Part shown: piece by piece, positions 1 through 12,369 of the stretch
Layout: the number at the start of each line of letters is the position of its first letter
Position numbering within the stretch: position 1 is the stretch's first letter
From: Octopus bimaculoides
Taxonomy: Eukaryota
Assembly (NCBI RefSeq): GCF_001194135.2
Contig: NC_069001.1
Location: 8,952,213 to 9,002,594 of the forward strand
Reading direction: 5' to 3'
DNA: 50,382 nt
Notes under the pieces: generated by a model
What the model saw: the letters and a program-made list of their open reading frames with translations, nothing else
The model's database searches: none
What the model was told of the DNA's origin: nothing
Made by a program: the position numbers and the translations under genes

Positions 1-240
1 CAGGCTCTCTTTCTCCCATTCATTCTCTTTATTAAGCAATCTATCGTAGTGGCATCTCCAGACCTCTTTCTTTGCATCCTCATTTAATGCAAGCGTACCA
101 TCATCCATGCGAACACATTTCTCTCCTACAACATCACTATTCTCTCTCCTACACTGTCTTGCAACCCGAAATACCTCGAGTCTTTGGTCCTCACGGCGCA
201 GAACATTGGCAAATCTTTCTTTCCTTATCTGCTTCTCTTT
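1..240 (-). mobile_element. RTE-clade LINE fragment (region between endonuclease and RT), runs off the window edge
   Basis: Minus-strand translation RFANVLRREDQRLEVFRVARQCRRENSDVVGEKCVRMDDGTLALNEDAKKEVWRCHYDRLLNKENEWEKESL, with the W..HY.RLLN.EN motif typical of RTE ORF2. Confidence 0.8.
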
Positions 241-245
241 CCTTA

Positions 246-350
246 GAAAGGATAAAAGGCAAAGTCGACCTCGGCGGAATTTGAACTCAAAACGAAATAC
301 CGCTAAGCATTTCGGCCGGCGTGTTAATGTTTCTACCAGCTCGCCGCCTT
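246..350 (-). mobile_element. SINE family A (tRNA head plus CORE-like domain), 5' part
   Basis: Reverse complement aaggcggcgagctggtagaaac...gagttcaaattccgccgaggtcgactttgcctttt, with Pol III A/B boxes. Confidence 0.8.
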
Positions 351-446
351 TAAATCTATTAAATTATTGAAGTTATTAAATTATTATGAGCACGTAAAAC
401 AGGGAGATTCAAAACCATGATGTATATATTTATTCTTTTCATTTTT

Positions 447-540
447 TTCGGGATCGATAAAATAAGTACCAGTTAAGTACTGGAGTCGATGTATCGACTT
501 ATCCCCGAAAATGCTGGCCTCGTGCCAAAATTTGAAACCA
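447..540 (+). mobile_element. SINE family A 3' part, tail type 3
   Basis: ggatcgataaaataagtaccag...gtcgatgtatcgacttatccccgaaaatgctggcctcgtgccaaaatttgaaacca. Confidence 0.75.
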
Positions 541-768
541 ACAAATTATATTCTCCGTTGTGATATTGTTAAAAGGCTGATATTTTCTAATTCATATTCA
601 ATCCAACCTTTGTCATGATACAATGACGCATTATAAATTATTTCATTTATGAACACATATCTACATGTACATACATACACTTGCAAATATATGTGTATGC
701 AGTGACCACCTATTTGGGACACGTTTGTTCTTTTCTCTCCTTATATTTTTCTTTATCGTCTATCGTTA

Positions 769-796
769 TTAGTGAAGAGCATATGCTCGAAACGTA
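769..796 (+). ncRNA. Degenerate hammerhead-like motif (probably inactive)
   Basis: UUAGUGA-A-GAGC-auau-GCUC-GAAACGUA. Stem II and the GAAACGU half are intact, but three core positions differ from CUGANGA. Confidence 0.35.
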
Positions 797-1198
797 AAAA
801 CTTATTCTACTTTTTCCTGTGAGTAAACTAATACACTGTGTTTGTTTCTTTTCCCTCTACTTCGTGTCATTTATAACTTTTGCACCACACATACACACAC
901 ACTTATGTGTATATGTCTGCGCTTGTGTATGTATATATTTATTGTCGAAAATCGGAATCGCGTCGCTCTGTGCGTAAACAGTCAGCTCTTCGATAGAGAG
1001 CAATAAAATAGGCACCAGATTGAAAATATGATCAGCTGAAAACCTTTGACGGTAGTAGATTCCCCAGGTCGGAGACAGTTCAATAACAGATCCAGTAAAA
1101 GATGGTAAGCACACACACACACACACAAATATGTATGTATATATACACACATATATATACACGCACGCACGCACACACACATTATCAACATATCTTAC

Positions 1199-1318
1199 CT
1201 TAATCTGTTTATTTGGCGAGAAGAGGAAGTCTTCTTTAAATTGGTGGACGAGTGCTTTTTTCGTGTCCTCAAAGGTACGTTCGAGTGACCATCCCTTGAG
1301 ATTGATTGGCTCCTGTAT
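1199..1318 (-). CDS. IF gene exon 9 (120 nt): middle of lamin-tail domain
   Basis: Acceptor tttgttcag|ATA. Translation IQEPINLKGWSLERTFEDTKKALVHQFKEDFLFSPNKQIK (LxGWxLxR and F..F.L.P...I motifs). Donor AAG|gtaaga. Confidence 0.88.
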
Positions 1319-2672
1319 CTGAACAAATAAAAAAAAATGGTATTGACACTTTAATAAGGTCATTCAGATATGGACACACACACTTAAACATACTCACTCA
1401 TGCGTATACTAACTTAAATAGACTTGCGAATATATATGCAAAAACTTTTTACACACAACAAATTGAGAACAGTGGTTGTTGTTTAACTCCAGGTTAGTTT
1501 CGATCTACATCGCTGCTCCATCTGTGGTCATTTTAATTTTCTGACAGCATAAATATCATAATGGATGGGTAAATAAGCATCCTTAAAGTGAAACAACTGT
1601 CAAAGGTATCAACAAATAAAGTAGAGGGAACAGAACATCACCTTTCAAGTAACTTACAAGGAAATACAATTTAATAATATCAAATTGAATTATAATAATG
1701 GAAAATATTATTGTTAACTATATTATAAAAATATTAATATATTAATATATATATAACTGTGTGTGTGTGCATTATGGAATCTCCCTTCGAAGACGACGTA
1801 TGAGTGTTCAGTGTTTGCTGAATAATCTACACAAAGGATTTTATTACGTTGATCAATGTATGCGCTCTTAGTTAGCTCATTGCCTCCATCAGATCGACGT
1901 TACCCGAACAGGCGAACAGTGTACCACATGTCATGTGTTAAAGTGAACACGGCAGCGTGACGTGAAGTGTTTTGCCCAAGAACACAACGTACCACTCGTT
2001 CGGGAATTGAAACCACATTCTCGCGCTCGTAAGTGCACCACTTATAACCAGTAGGTCACGTTCCCTCTCTCACACACACACACACACACAGAAATAGAGA
2101 GCTATACTAGAATGACTTCCATTAATTTGCTGACCAACCACATTGCAATTACTAAATACCTGTAAACATAGTCCTTCAAGCATTCATCGGGAATTGTGTC
2201 AGAAACAATGATTCGTAATTTCAGAAGACAGTTGCATAAGTATGCACGAAGGCCACGATGACTTTCCTCAAAAAAAAAAGCCTAAAGTACTTCGTTGTTA
2301 TGTATGAAGCGGGTAAATGGGATACATGGAAGTTAAACAAACCTACTTTTCACGCACACAGATACGCACGGACACGTACGCACACACACTTATGTATTCA
2401 TACACAAGATCATGGAAACATCACTTTTATTAGACTAATACATACACACACATATAGATAATCACTTATCCTTGTCGTTTGAAAAAAAATGTAAAAGGGA
2501 CACTTTATAACTTCAATGTTATATGAGTGAGAAAAAAGATGGGATAGTCACGGTTGAAACACACTTTAGTATTGCTCTTCTCGGTTATTACTAAGCCGAA
2601 ATCTGATAACCACACCAACGAAATAACCACCCTGTTCCCTCCAAAAAATAAACAAGATAAATTGTATCTTAC

Positions 2673-2803
2673 TCTTCCTAATTTAGCACTGCTGATTTCT
2701 TCCAGTTCAATATATTGGCCAGTGGCGTCTACCTCCATTATGGACACACTTCCTGCTGACGTACGGTGTATGGTGATACGGCCTTGTGATGCGGGACATA
2801 TAC
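2673..2803 (-). CDS. IF gene exon 8 (131 nt): N-terminal part of lamin-tail domain
   Basis: Acceptor tgtttgcag|GT. Translation ICPASQGRITIHRTSAGSVSIMEVDATGQYIELEEISSAKLGR (cf. lamin GRVAVEEVDEEGKFVRL). Donor AGA|gtaaga. Confidence 0.9.
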
Positions 2804-2849
2804 CTGCAAACAAACAAGCAAACATAAATAATAAATATCATCTGACATA

Positions 2850-3069
2850 AAATATTGGTTTCAAGGTTTTGCATTAGGTCAGCAAGTTCAGCGGGATGAG
2901 GTAAGTCGATTACATCCACCTCAGTGCTTAACTAGTATTTATTTTATCGACCCTGAAAGAATGAAAGACGAAGTCGACCCTGGTGGCATTTGAACTCAGA
3001 ACGTAAAATCAGAAGAAATGCCGCTCAGCATTTTCCCCGGCGCGGTAACGATTCTACCAGTTCACCGCC
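2850..3069 (-). mobile_element. SINE family A, full-length diverged copy (tail type 3) in intron 7, about 45 nt from the exon 8 acceptor
   Basis: Matches the family A consensus from head to tail. Confidence 0.8.
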
Positions 3070-3139
3070 TAAATCTATATCTATAAAACTCAAAATTTCT
3101 GTGTGTGCGTTTGTATGTGTATGCGTTTTCACATTTTCA

Positions 3140-3525
3140 TCCGATTTTGATGAAATTTTTATTATTAAATGGCAAATTTACCCAAGCAGGTCACTGCCGC
3201 ATTACCGATACCCACTTCTCGGAGAAAAATCGATAAAATTGAAGGGACCTTCCCGCCCACTTTTTGCAAAAAAGGTAAAAGTTGCACGAGAGAAAAGTTT
3301 TTACAGCATCGTCTGATTTTTATAATTTTGGTGTCAAAAGGACCGTCATGTTACGACATTTCAGACAAATGTTTTGGCATTGCCTTGGGGGCCTCTGATT
3401 CTCAAGAAAATTGCGGAAAACTTTGGGGGAAAAAATCGATTTTTCGCATTTTTGTAAAGTTACGCTGTTGAAAACTTTTTACTGGAAAGTCCGATTTCGT
3501 TAGTTTTTACGGCTAAAAAGCCACC
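3140..3525. mobile_element. Probable non-autonomous DNA-transposon fragment
   Basis: Non-coding and compositionally distinct, with motifs atccgattttgatgaaatttt and gtccgatttcgttagtttttac typical of MITE interiors. No TIR pair found. Confidence 0.3.
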
Positions 3526-3980
3526 ATGCTCAGAACGTAAAAAAAGAGCGAAATGCCGCTAAGCATTTTGTCATGCGTGCTAACGATTCTGCCAGTTCGC
3601 CACCTTACAAGCATGACTAATGACAATGTATTACATGACTAAGACATTCAACGCTTAATCCCTGATTGCCTCACAATCGCGCGCGTACACATACACATTT
3701 ACATTCACACGTACACACAGAAACTCAAAATGAGGAGCAGTAAATAATCCAACATTAGAGTGAACAAGGAAACCACTAGTGGTCGTGTGATCTGCTAGAA
3801 ATAGCTGTGAATCTTCTTCAAAAGATCTTACCATCTTGTAAATGGAACCCTACATAGGATGACCTTTGTATGAATAAAAGACCAGATAGTCACTAAAGCA
3901 CTTATGATCAGAAAACTGCCCAACGGAGACTTATCTACAATAACAACAACAATCAGAATTTTTTTAAAAAGGTAGCTTAC

Positions 3981-4105
3981 TGGAATCATCTGCACTTGAT
4001 ATAGCCTGATAACTGGAACCAGATCTTTGGAAAGCAGAGGCAAGAATATCTTCTGACTCTGTACGGAAACCTCCCAGTGTCTGGACCAAGCTTCCAAGAC
4101 TTATC
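3981..4105 (-). CDS. IF gene exon 7 (125 nt): proximal tail
   Basis: Acceptor tctttcttttcacag|G. Translation ISLGSLVQTLGGFRTESEDILASAFQRSGSSYQAISSADDS. Donor A|gtaagc, phase 1. Resembles the RxGLRSLVE-type tail start of molluscan cytoplasmic IFs. Confidence 0.88.
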
Positions 4106-4506
4106 CTGTGAAAAGAAAGAAGAAAAAAGATATGAACGAGCATTCGCAATTAAGTAAACCGTAAGCTTTTATTAAACTGATACGAGAGCCAACGGACGCG
4201 TCTCTACTAGGTCATACGACCTGCTAGACATAGCAGAAAAGCCTTCATTAAGTTAAATCTTGCTGTCTTAGAAAAATGGAAATCACACATTGAAAAAGTT
4301 TATGATATCTTTAAAAGAACAGAATGGTCACAGCTGCTACGCCTTTAATGGCGATTTTAATGAATCCTGCTCAGAACTTTCCGGCAGTTTCTGATAATGA
4401 CGGGGGAAATATAGAATATATAATCTGTCCTTGCCTATTTACAGGTAGATAAATAACGATAAAAAAAAAACACGAAATAAATTGCTTGCAGATATAAAGT
4501 ACGTAC

Positions 4507-4727
4507 CTGCTTTCTTCTCCTTCCAACAGTTTGCGATAAGCAGCAATCTCAAGTTCCAGAGACAGTTTGGCATCCATGAGTTCCTGGAGTTCTTTGATCA
4601 CACCTTCTAACTCAGCGTTGAGCCTGTCAACGTCGGCCTTGTGAGAAAGTTTCTCGTTGTCGTAGTCACTGGTCATCATTTCCAGTTCAGCGGTCACTGC
4701 TCTGAGCTGGTTCGATAGCTGAGAAAT
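4507..4727 (-). CDS. IF gene exon 6 (221 nt): end of coil 2
   Basis: Acceptor ttttcccccag|ATT. Translation ISQLSNQLRAVTAELEMM...KLSLELEIAAYRKLLEGEES. Donor AG|gtacgt, phase 2. Confidence 0.96.
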
Positions 4728-4774
4728 CTGGGGGAAAAGAAAAGAAGATATTACTACATTTGATGGCCCTTAAG

Positions 4775-5065
4775 CATTTGAACTCAGAACGTAAAGACAG
4801 ACGAAATACCGATAAGCACTTCGCCCGGCGTGCTAACATTTTTTTTATTTCTTCATTGCCCACAAGGGGCTAAACATAGAAGGGACAAACAAGGACGGAC
4901 AAAGGGATTAAGTCGATTACATCGACTCCAGTGCGTAACTGGTACTTAATTTATCAACCCCGAAAGGATGAAAGGCTAAGTCGACCTCGGCGGAATTTGA
5001 ACTCAGAACGTAACGGCAGACGAAATTCCGCCGGCGTGCTAACGTTTCTGCCAGCTTGTTGCCTT
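4775..5065 (-). mobile_element. SINE family A: head fragment (4775-4838) abutting a full copy with tail type 2 (4839-5065)
   Basis: Two gaactcagaacgtaa heads. Tail on the minus strand ...ccttgtttgtcccttctatgtttagccccttgtgggcaatgaagaaataaaaaaaa. Confidence 0.85.
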
Positions 5066-6777
5066 AACTAATAGGACAACATCGAAAAGATACTTCTTCC
5101 GCGAATCACTGGAATATATATAAGCGGTACTTTACTCCAAGATTCTTGGGTTAACAAAACGAAACAAATAAGACTCTGGATGGAACGCTTATTTAGCGAT
5201 GAACAATTCTTTTAAAGGATTCCACCCCAGTCGCCTTCGAAAATGACTTTTTATCAGTCAAAGATATAACCCAGGTCTGATGGTTTACAATTAAGATTGA
5301 TATACGAGATGGTAAATTCTCTACAGAGAATGGAATTTAAATTTATCGGACATGAAGAAAACAAAAATGACACTGCGGAATACGAGTCGACTAGAGAGTC
5401 TCAATACGGTTTCTCGATCTGCTAGAAACAACAAACGAGTTTGTTTTCACTCAAACTTGCTTGTAAGAAAGGGCACATTGAACGCCGTACTCTTTGGTAC
5501 ACTAGTCTGGGGGGGGGGAATGTCCGGATGGTCTCTGACAGAACGGCTTTAACAGGGTAAGCCTGAGTAGGCAGGAAGCTAAATAATTAGGACGACGATA
5601 TCATCACCACCACCAACAACAACAACAGCAACACAGAGTGCACTTCATTCAATAACTTATTCGCTTCACTCGGCTATTTTGAACTTTACAGGAAATTAAA
5701 AGTAACATGAATTATAGTATTTGTATAGAAAGCTTGTGATTTAAAGGATATCTTACGAAGGATTGCACAAAAGAGAATTAAATACAAAATGCTTTGAAGA
5801 TACACATCTAGCAACCGATAAAAGCTAATAAATATTGTTGTTATTGCTTAGGTTTGTGGTTGGGTTTCATTAAGCAGACATATATCAGAGTCATTTCGGT
5901 CATGTATATGCCATTCACAGTCTTTCTGTTATAGGCAATGTTATGTAGGAATACGTTATGACGACGAATCAGAAAAGTCGACCTCGGCGGAATTTGAACT
6001 CAGAACGTAGCGGCAGACGAAATACCGCTAAGCATTTCGCTCGCCGTCTTCGGTTCTCAGTCTGTGATCTATAAAGCCTTGGGGTGGGATGCACAAAAGT
6101 GGTGCCGAGAATCCACGAGTTAAATTCAAAATTTCATGATGCTGCAGTGTAAAATGTATAATTGCTCACGATAAGGGTGATAAACTTTCAAAATTTCAAA
6201 GTAATTACAAAATCTGAACGAATAATTTACTTATCGTTTAGATGCTTTTTTTGAAAATACGATTTAAGCTTAAATCTATCTACAATTGAACCTAAAATTC
6301 GGAACATAATATCAACAAAGTAGCATCGATTACCTCATTAAACAAGTGGTTTGGGTTAATGCGGCTACTTGTTTAGTTGTATATTTAACAACAAACTGGA
6401 TTACGTATTCAGTTCAACTGAGACTAAAAATTGACAAAAAGAGTTTGTCGTTTGTTACAAAAATCGACTTATTGATTAAATTTTTCATTAGAAGAAGCCC
6501 GTGGGAAAATTCATTTAAATAAAAAGAAACCTTTACTAGTTAAAAGATTGAGAGCCACTGCGATATACCATCTGCTGAGAACTACCTCAAACCGATCGCT
6601 GTGGCGAGCACTTGTAAAGGAAGTCAATAAAGGGTCGTTCATCGACCTGATGGCGCAAGGAGGAAGAGGTGGGGTGGAAGTATATGCTGTAAATCGATAG
6701 GTCCCTTCTCCCATCTCGAATCGTCAATAATTCTAAATAGGTGTACGTATAGTTGGATCGTTAAGGAGTTCGTTAAT

Positions 6778-6997
6778 AAGGCGGTGAGCTGGCAGAAACG
6801 TTAACACGCCGGGCGAAATGCTTAGCGGTATTTCGCTTGTCTTTACGTTCTGAGTTCAAATTCTGCCGAGATCGACTTTGTTTTTCATCCATTCGGGGCC
6901 GATAAATTAAGTACTTGTTGCGTACTGGGGTCGATCTAATCGACTGGCCCCCACCCCCAAAATTTCGGGCCTTGTACCTAGAGTAGAAAAGAATATT
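6778..6997 (+). mobile_element. SINE family A, full-length, tail type 1
   Basis: aaggcggtgagctggcagaaacgttaac...gagttcaaattctgccgag...ttcatccattcggggccgataaattaagtac...tggccccccacccccaaaatttcgggccttgtacctagagtagaaaagaat. Confidence 0.9.
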
Positions 6998-7487
6998 TTT
7001 ACTTAATCAAAAGTATGTCTTTACTGGAGCTTAGCCGTTTCGTATCTCATCATAGATCAGAGATAAAGAGTAAACTAAGAATAGATAGATGTATAGAATA
7101 AACATTTATAATTTCTCATTTACGCATGAATCCTTTGTGCTAATGTACCGAACTTGTTATGAAGACATATTCGTCGTAAAGGAGAAGTTTCTCTATGACG
7201 AAATACAACAGTGATTAGTATATTCACGTTCGTATGTGCCGCATCTTATGTACAAGAACATTGTTTTCAAGACGGGAGATTATGGTATAAGGGTGATTTG
7301 GTGGCCGCTATATTTAGCAGATCGAGTGACTTCTTCGAACAAACTGGTTGTCGTAGTTTAGTTCTGTTGGTGTTGTTTAGTTCAAGTCAGCTCTGTTGAA
7401 GCAAACTTATGATCAAAAGCATTCCAGCCGTGATCATCCCACTTTTTATTCAGGCTTAATTCTTCCAAATCGATATTAATCAATATT

Positions 7488-7790
<303 letters not shown>

Positions 7791-8007
7791 GGGAAAAGGG
7801 GAGAGAAAGAGGGAGAGAGAGATATACACAGATAGACTGCCAAGATAATACACAGATAAGACAAGACAGATCGGAGTGAATATGCAGTGTGCACATGACT
7901 TTCAAAGGTCATGGGCACATTCCCTTTTCCTCCGAAAATTTATTGAAATAAACATTAAAAAATGATAATAAAGACAAATAGATAAAAAGTCAACGGCAGT
8001 TCCTTAC

Positions 8008-8133
8008 CTGAGTATCACATTCGCGCAATTTATTCTCAAGATCAGACTTCTGTGCTCGAAGTCGTCTGTTTTCTTCAGTCATTTGTATGGTTTCAGCATT
8101 TCCTTTCGTGGCACCAAGACGCATTTCACACAG
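8008..8133 (-). CDS. IF gene exon 5 (126 nt); absent from the supplied ORF track
   Basis: Acceptor ttgtctaacag|CTG. Translation LCEMRLGATKGNAETIQMTEENRRLRAQKSDLENKLRECDTQ. Donor CAG|gtaagg. Confidence 0.9.
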
Positions 8134-9188
8134 CTGTTAGACAATAGAAGAGAACGTTTATTACAATGAGCAAATGTAGTGGTAGATGGTGTTGTTAGGT
8201 TTAATTGTGAAATTAAATTGGGCTACTGAATAACACAAGAATTACTTGGATATGTTTGCACATATGGAATGTCTCTAGATATCTGATGGTCTAATGTGGC
8301 TTGTCTGCTGGAATTTCACTTTTATTATATGGTATTGTGAGTCTACTTGGACAACTGGTATATGGAAGTACGGTATAACTTGCTGTTGTTTGACAATATT
8401 ATCAGTCCTAATAGAGCAGACCCAATATGAAAGAAATTTTAGTTATGGCTAACTTAAGTAATTTATTCTGTAAACGGATTTGAAATATGAATATTCCATA
8501 CCTTTAGGAAATCCAAGAAATCGAACCAGACAACATTAATTTCGTGCACGAAAACTTAAAAATAAGTTTTTTACGTTCCACGTATAGTGGTGATGTTTGG
8601 AAAAAGTGAAATCATGCGCGGAAACCATGCATACATTGCACCACAGAACACACGAAAATTTTCTCTACCACAGTTCTTTCATCTTGCACGCACAGGATCT
8701 CAAAGACGTACAAACATTTTAAACCCATTAACTATTATTGTTAATAATTACGCTAGTCTACTATTTACCATTATTCAGTCTTAATTTATTATTTTCTTTT
8801 TATTATACCATACATCTTATTATTTCTGTCATCCCCTTATATGTTCAAATTATCCCCCATTACTAAAACTTTTCCTAAGTCTTACCTATAACTATATTTT
8901 CTGTATAATTATCCATCAAGCAGATGGATTAGATTCAGTCCATAGTTCTTATCCAGGTACTAACTACAGTTCCGTTATTGGAATGCATATGTTTATCCAC
9001 TTATTCCATTTATGGTGTCTCTTGACCCTGCATTCACATTTCGCTGTCTTTTTACACTAATTCTCAATGTATATCTAATAGCTATTTTTACAGTTAGTGC
9101 TGATGTCACCACTCCATTTTTTTCCCGTTTAATGTCTCGCCTTAGAAAACTTGCTTTTTAATAGATAAGTTTAACGAAATCACCATAC

Positions 9189-9353
9189 CTGGGACTCGTA
9201 TCTAGCTTCCAGGCTAGAAGACAAAGCTTCCAATTGGCTTTCGTATTCTTGACGGATTTCTTTAAGACAAGATCCCAGTTCAGATGTCCAGTATTCACGC
9301 ATGTCAGGGACGGAATTATCCTTTGCCAATAAGGCCTTGTATTCTTTGATTTC
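9189..9353 (-). CDS. IF gene exon 4 (165 nt): linker L12 and coil 2 start
   Basis: Acceptor ttcttacag|GAA. Translation EIKEYKALLAKDNSVPDMREYWTSELGSCLKEIRQEYE...EARYESQ. Donor CAG|gtatgg. Confidence 0.93.
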
Positions 9354-9463
9354 CTGTAAGAAAACAAACATGTAAAATATAAGACACAATAACAGAGGTA
9401 CATAATACACGTCATGACAAGTATATTCAAAATGAAGTACGTGGTAGTATGTATGTATGGGCG

Positions 9464-9504
<41 letters not shown>

Positions 9505-9541
9505 ACACGCATACATACATGTATATATATANNNNNNNNNN

Positions 9542-9587
<46 letters not shown>

Positions 9588-9866
9588 GCATACATACATG
9601 TATTTTTATATATATTTTAGATACCTAATTTATATATGCATATGTATACGTGTATGCACACAGCGCGACTACACACATTTATTTCGGAGTTTCAGTGTTG
9701 TACTTGTCAAACAAGTGATGTGATCTGAGACAGTCTGTAACTGAATATATATATATATTTATATACGCATACATATATTGTCGGTCGCCTGAGACAACAA
9801 GCTAGGTATCTGTAACCAGCCTACAAGTCTATGTTGTATGTGTATAAGTGTGCATATATGTTTGTC

Positions 9867-9926
<60 letters not shown>

Positions 9927-11156
9927 CTTTATGTGTATAGATACGTACATAAATAAGTATAAATGCATGCACATGTGTCGATGTATATGTGTAAGTTCAT
10001 GTATTCGTATATGTGGCCAGAAAACGATATATAATTAACTGTGTAATTACATTTGTCGCACATATTGATAGCTGCTTTTAAGTTTGTATTAATTGCAATT
10101 TTCCATACATTTGTCCAACCTGCCACGCTTTTTCACTCTCCAATCTTTGTACACTTTAAAATATATTTAATCTATTATAGCAGAAAATCTAGTTTGTAAG
10201 GCATAAACCACAGGACAGAAAAGCTCGAATATACTTTACATTTTCTATATAGTGAAGAGAAATAGCTGGGTTTAAAAAAAAAAAATATTAAAAATAAATG
10301 AAAGGAAAGAGAAAAATAGGCGAGAAATAATGATATTAGCAGACACAACCTTGTTAACAAGCAGAAAGAAAAAAATTAATGTCAAATGATGTAAAACCGG
10401 TGACCATGAGGTCAAAATAATCGACATGGACACAGAAAACACATGTGGCTCTAAATTCAATAGGAAAAAGAGAAATAAAATAATATGTAGGAATAAAAAA
10501 GGGGAAAAAAAACCCCTATACTTATAAGAATTGGCTATTAAAAGACTGAAGCAGTTACAATATTAACATGCGAGGCTCTGCTACGTGTAAGTTATAAAGC
10601 CTTGAATTTCATTGTTATGTGTCTGCCTCGAAATATACTGTATGGTACTAGCATAGCTATCGATCGTTTCGTTTGTACAATGTATCTTCAGTACTGACTG
10701 TGTTCAACCTGTGACTGAGTAGACTATTCAACAGAAACGACACGTTTTATATTGAAGAAGGGAGCTGAATGGTTCATTTGTTTCATTTGGCACCTTCTAG
10801 ATGGCTTCCACTTCTGCTGCCTGTTATTCTATCTTCGTTTCTACTTTATCCTTCATTTTCCTTCTTTAGACGAATTTCTTCCATAATAAATCGGATTACT
10901 CTCAAACAAGCTCGAGTGATATTGCGCGCTTCCTTGAAAGATGGAAATCTCTCAATTGTACGACAAAAATACTTGGCAATATTATTTGAACACCTAAAAT
11001 ATTAAAACGGAATAAAGGCCTCCAGATCTCTTCCGTTACAAACTGGATCATTCTCAGACAAGCTAGAGTGATTTTGCAAGCATCCTTGAAAGCTAGAAGT
11101 CTCTTAATTATACGATAAGACAAATTATTTGTCAATAGTACTTATTTTTTTAATTA

Positions 11157-11570
11157 TTAAGGCCGGTTCCAACCCGGGCCGCAACCACAAAGTCTACCCG
11201 TTACACTTCTTGGTCCATCATCAGAGCCTTGGGGTCCTGGATACATTCCAGACCAGTGTCTGCGATCAAGTCGTCAATGTAAGTGTGACGACATTTTCCT
11301 TTACTTACATCGTCATGCAGTTGGTTCCACAGGACTAATTTGGATGCTTCCAGTTCAGGGTTGCGGACGCAGTGACCAGATAGTCGCAGCCTTCTTTGAT
11401 CTTTTCGCTAACTTTCGGCAGGTCACCATAAAGGCATTCATTTGTCATATGTTGCTGCCATTTCACATTTAGGGCTATTCGTAGCATCCTTGTGTAGCAG
11501 CTATCTAGCCCATTCGATAATTTCTTTGTCAGTGTCCATGTTCCACTGCCATATAATAATTGGAACTCCT
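11157..11570 (-). mobile_element. 5'-truncated RTE/RTE-X LINE 3' end in IF intron 3
   Basis: LLYGSGTWTLTKKLSNGLDSCYTRMLRIALNVKWQQHMTNECLYGDLPKVSEKIKE, then a frameshift, then RLRLSGHCVRNPELEASKLVLW...TYIDDLIADTGLE. Confidence 0.85.
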
Positions 11571-11691
11571 AAACTATTAAAACTAGATAAAGACTTCCTA
11601 TTACTGATAATACGTAATATTGTAATACGACTACAATAATGAAATTAAATAAATAAAATGCAAAAGAGATTGTTAAGCAATGGTAACTTAC

Positions 11692-11787
11692 ATTTTCACA
11701 GACTTCTCTCAGGAAAGCTAACTCTTCTTCAAGAGCTTGAGCACGGTTTGTCTCGCCCAGGCGTTGGGCGGTTTCCTCTTGCAAATC
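11692..11787 (-). CDS. IF gene exon 3 (96 nt)
   Basis: Acceptor ttttctgaag|GAT. Translation DLQEETAQRLGETNRAQALEEELAFLREVCEN (typical end of coil 1B). Donor AAT|gtaagt. Confidence 0.93.
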
Positions 11788-12133
11788 CTTCAGAAAATAA
11801 GGAAAATAAAAATAAATCAACTTTTATCTAATCAAAGAGATTGAAGTTTTCTTTAGTAAAATTAAGGGTCGACGCCAAAATATACGTGCATGCACACACA
11901 CATACATCTACATACAAATATGAGAGAGAGGGAGGGGAGATAGGGGGAGGGAGCTTCATACACGTGAACGCATACACTAATGTACATATACATACATATG
12001 TATAACAAACTTTTTTTTACTCAGCTTAAATACGTGTAAAATGTAGTCATAAATTGGGACTGAAGTTTTCATTATAATTTTATATTTCTTGTTCTATCGA
12101 TCAAACATGCTGTCTGTCTGTCTGCCTGACATA

Positions 12134-12369
12134 TTGGGTTGGTGCATAATTATTGCGGCTTTTTTTCAACAAAAACTATAACAATATGTTACAAAAAACA
12201 TCTTTAAATGATTATTCCGGAGCATATTCACCGTCTACTTCAACTATCGCTTACCATTTGCTTGGCAGACGGTCAAACCGTCATTTAAAGATGTTTTTTG
12301 TTAAATATTGTCATTGTTTTTATTGAATAAAATTTGTTGAAAAAAAAGTCGCAATAATTATGCACTAAC

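Noticed and set aside
857-1198. Continuation of ORF 857..1363 past exon 9 as a possible terminal exon
   Set aside because: It crosses a strong donor and a (GT)n microsatellite. No frame of 960-1105 resembles the lamin-tail C-terminal strands.
4371-4506. Read-through extension of exon 6 (RYVLYICKQ...)
   Set aside because: It is AT-rich intron sequence after a good GT donor, and exon 7 continues the homology in the correct phase.
8830-9120. Possible APE endonuclease remnant (KVLVMGD) on the minus strand
   Set aside because: Only one short motif amid many stops; too weak to list without a search.
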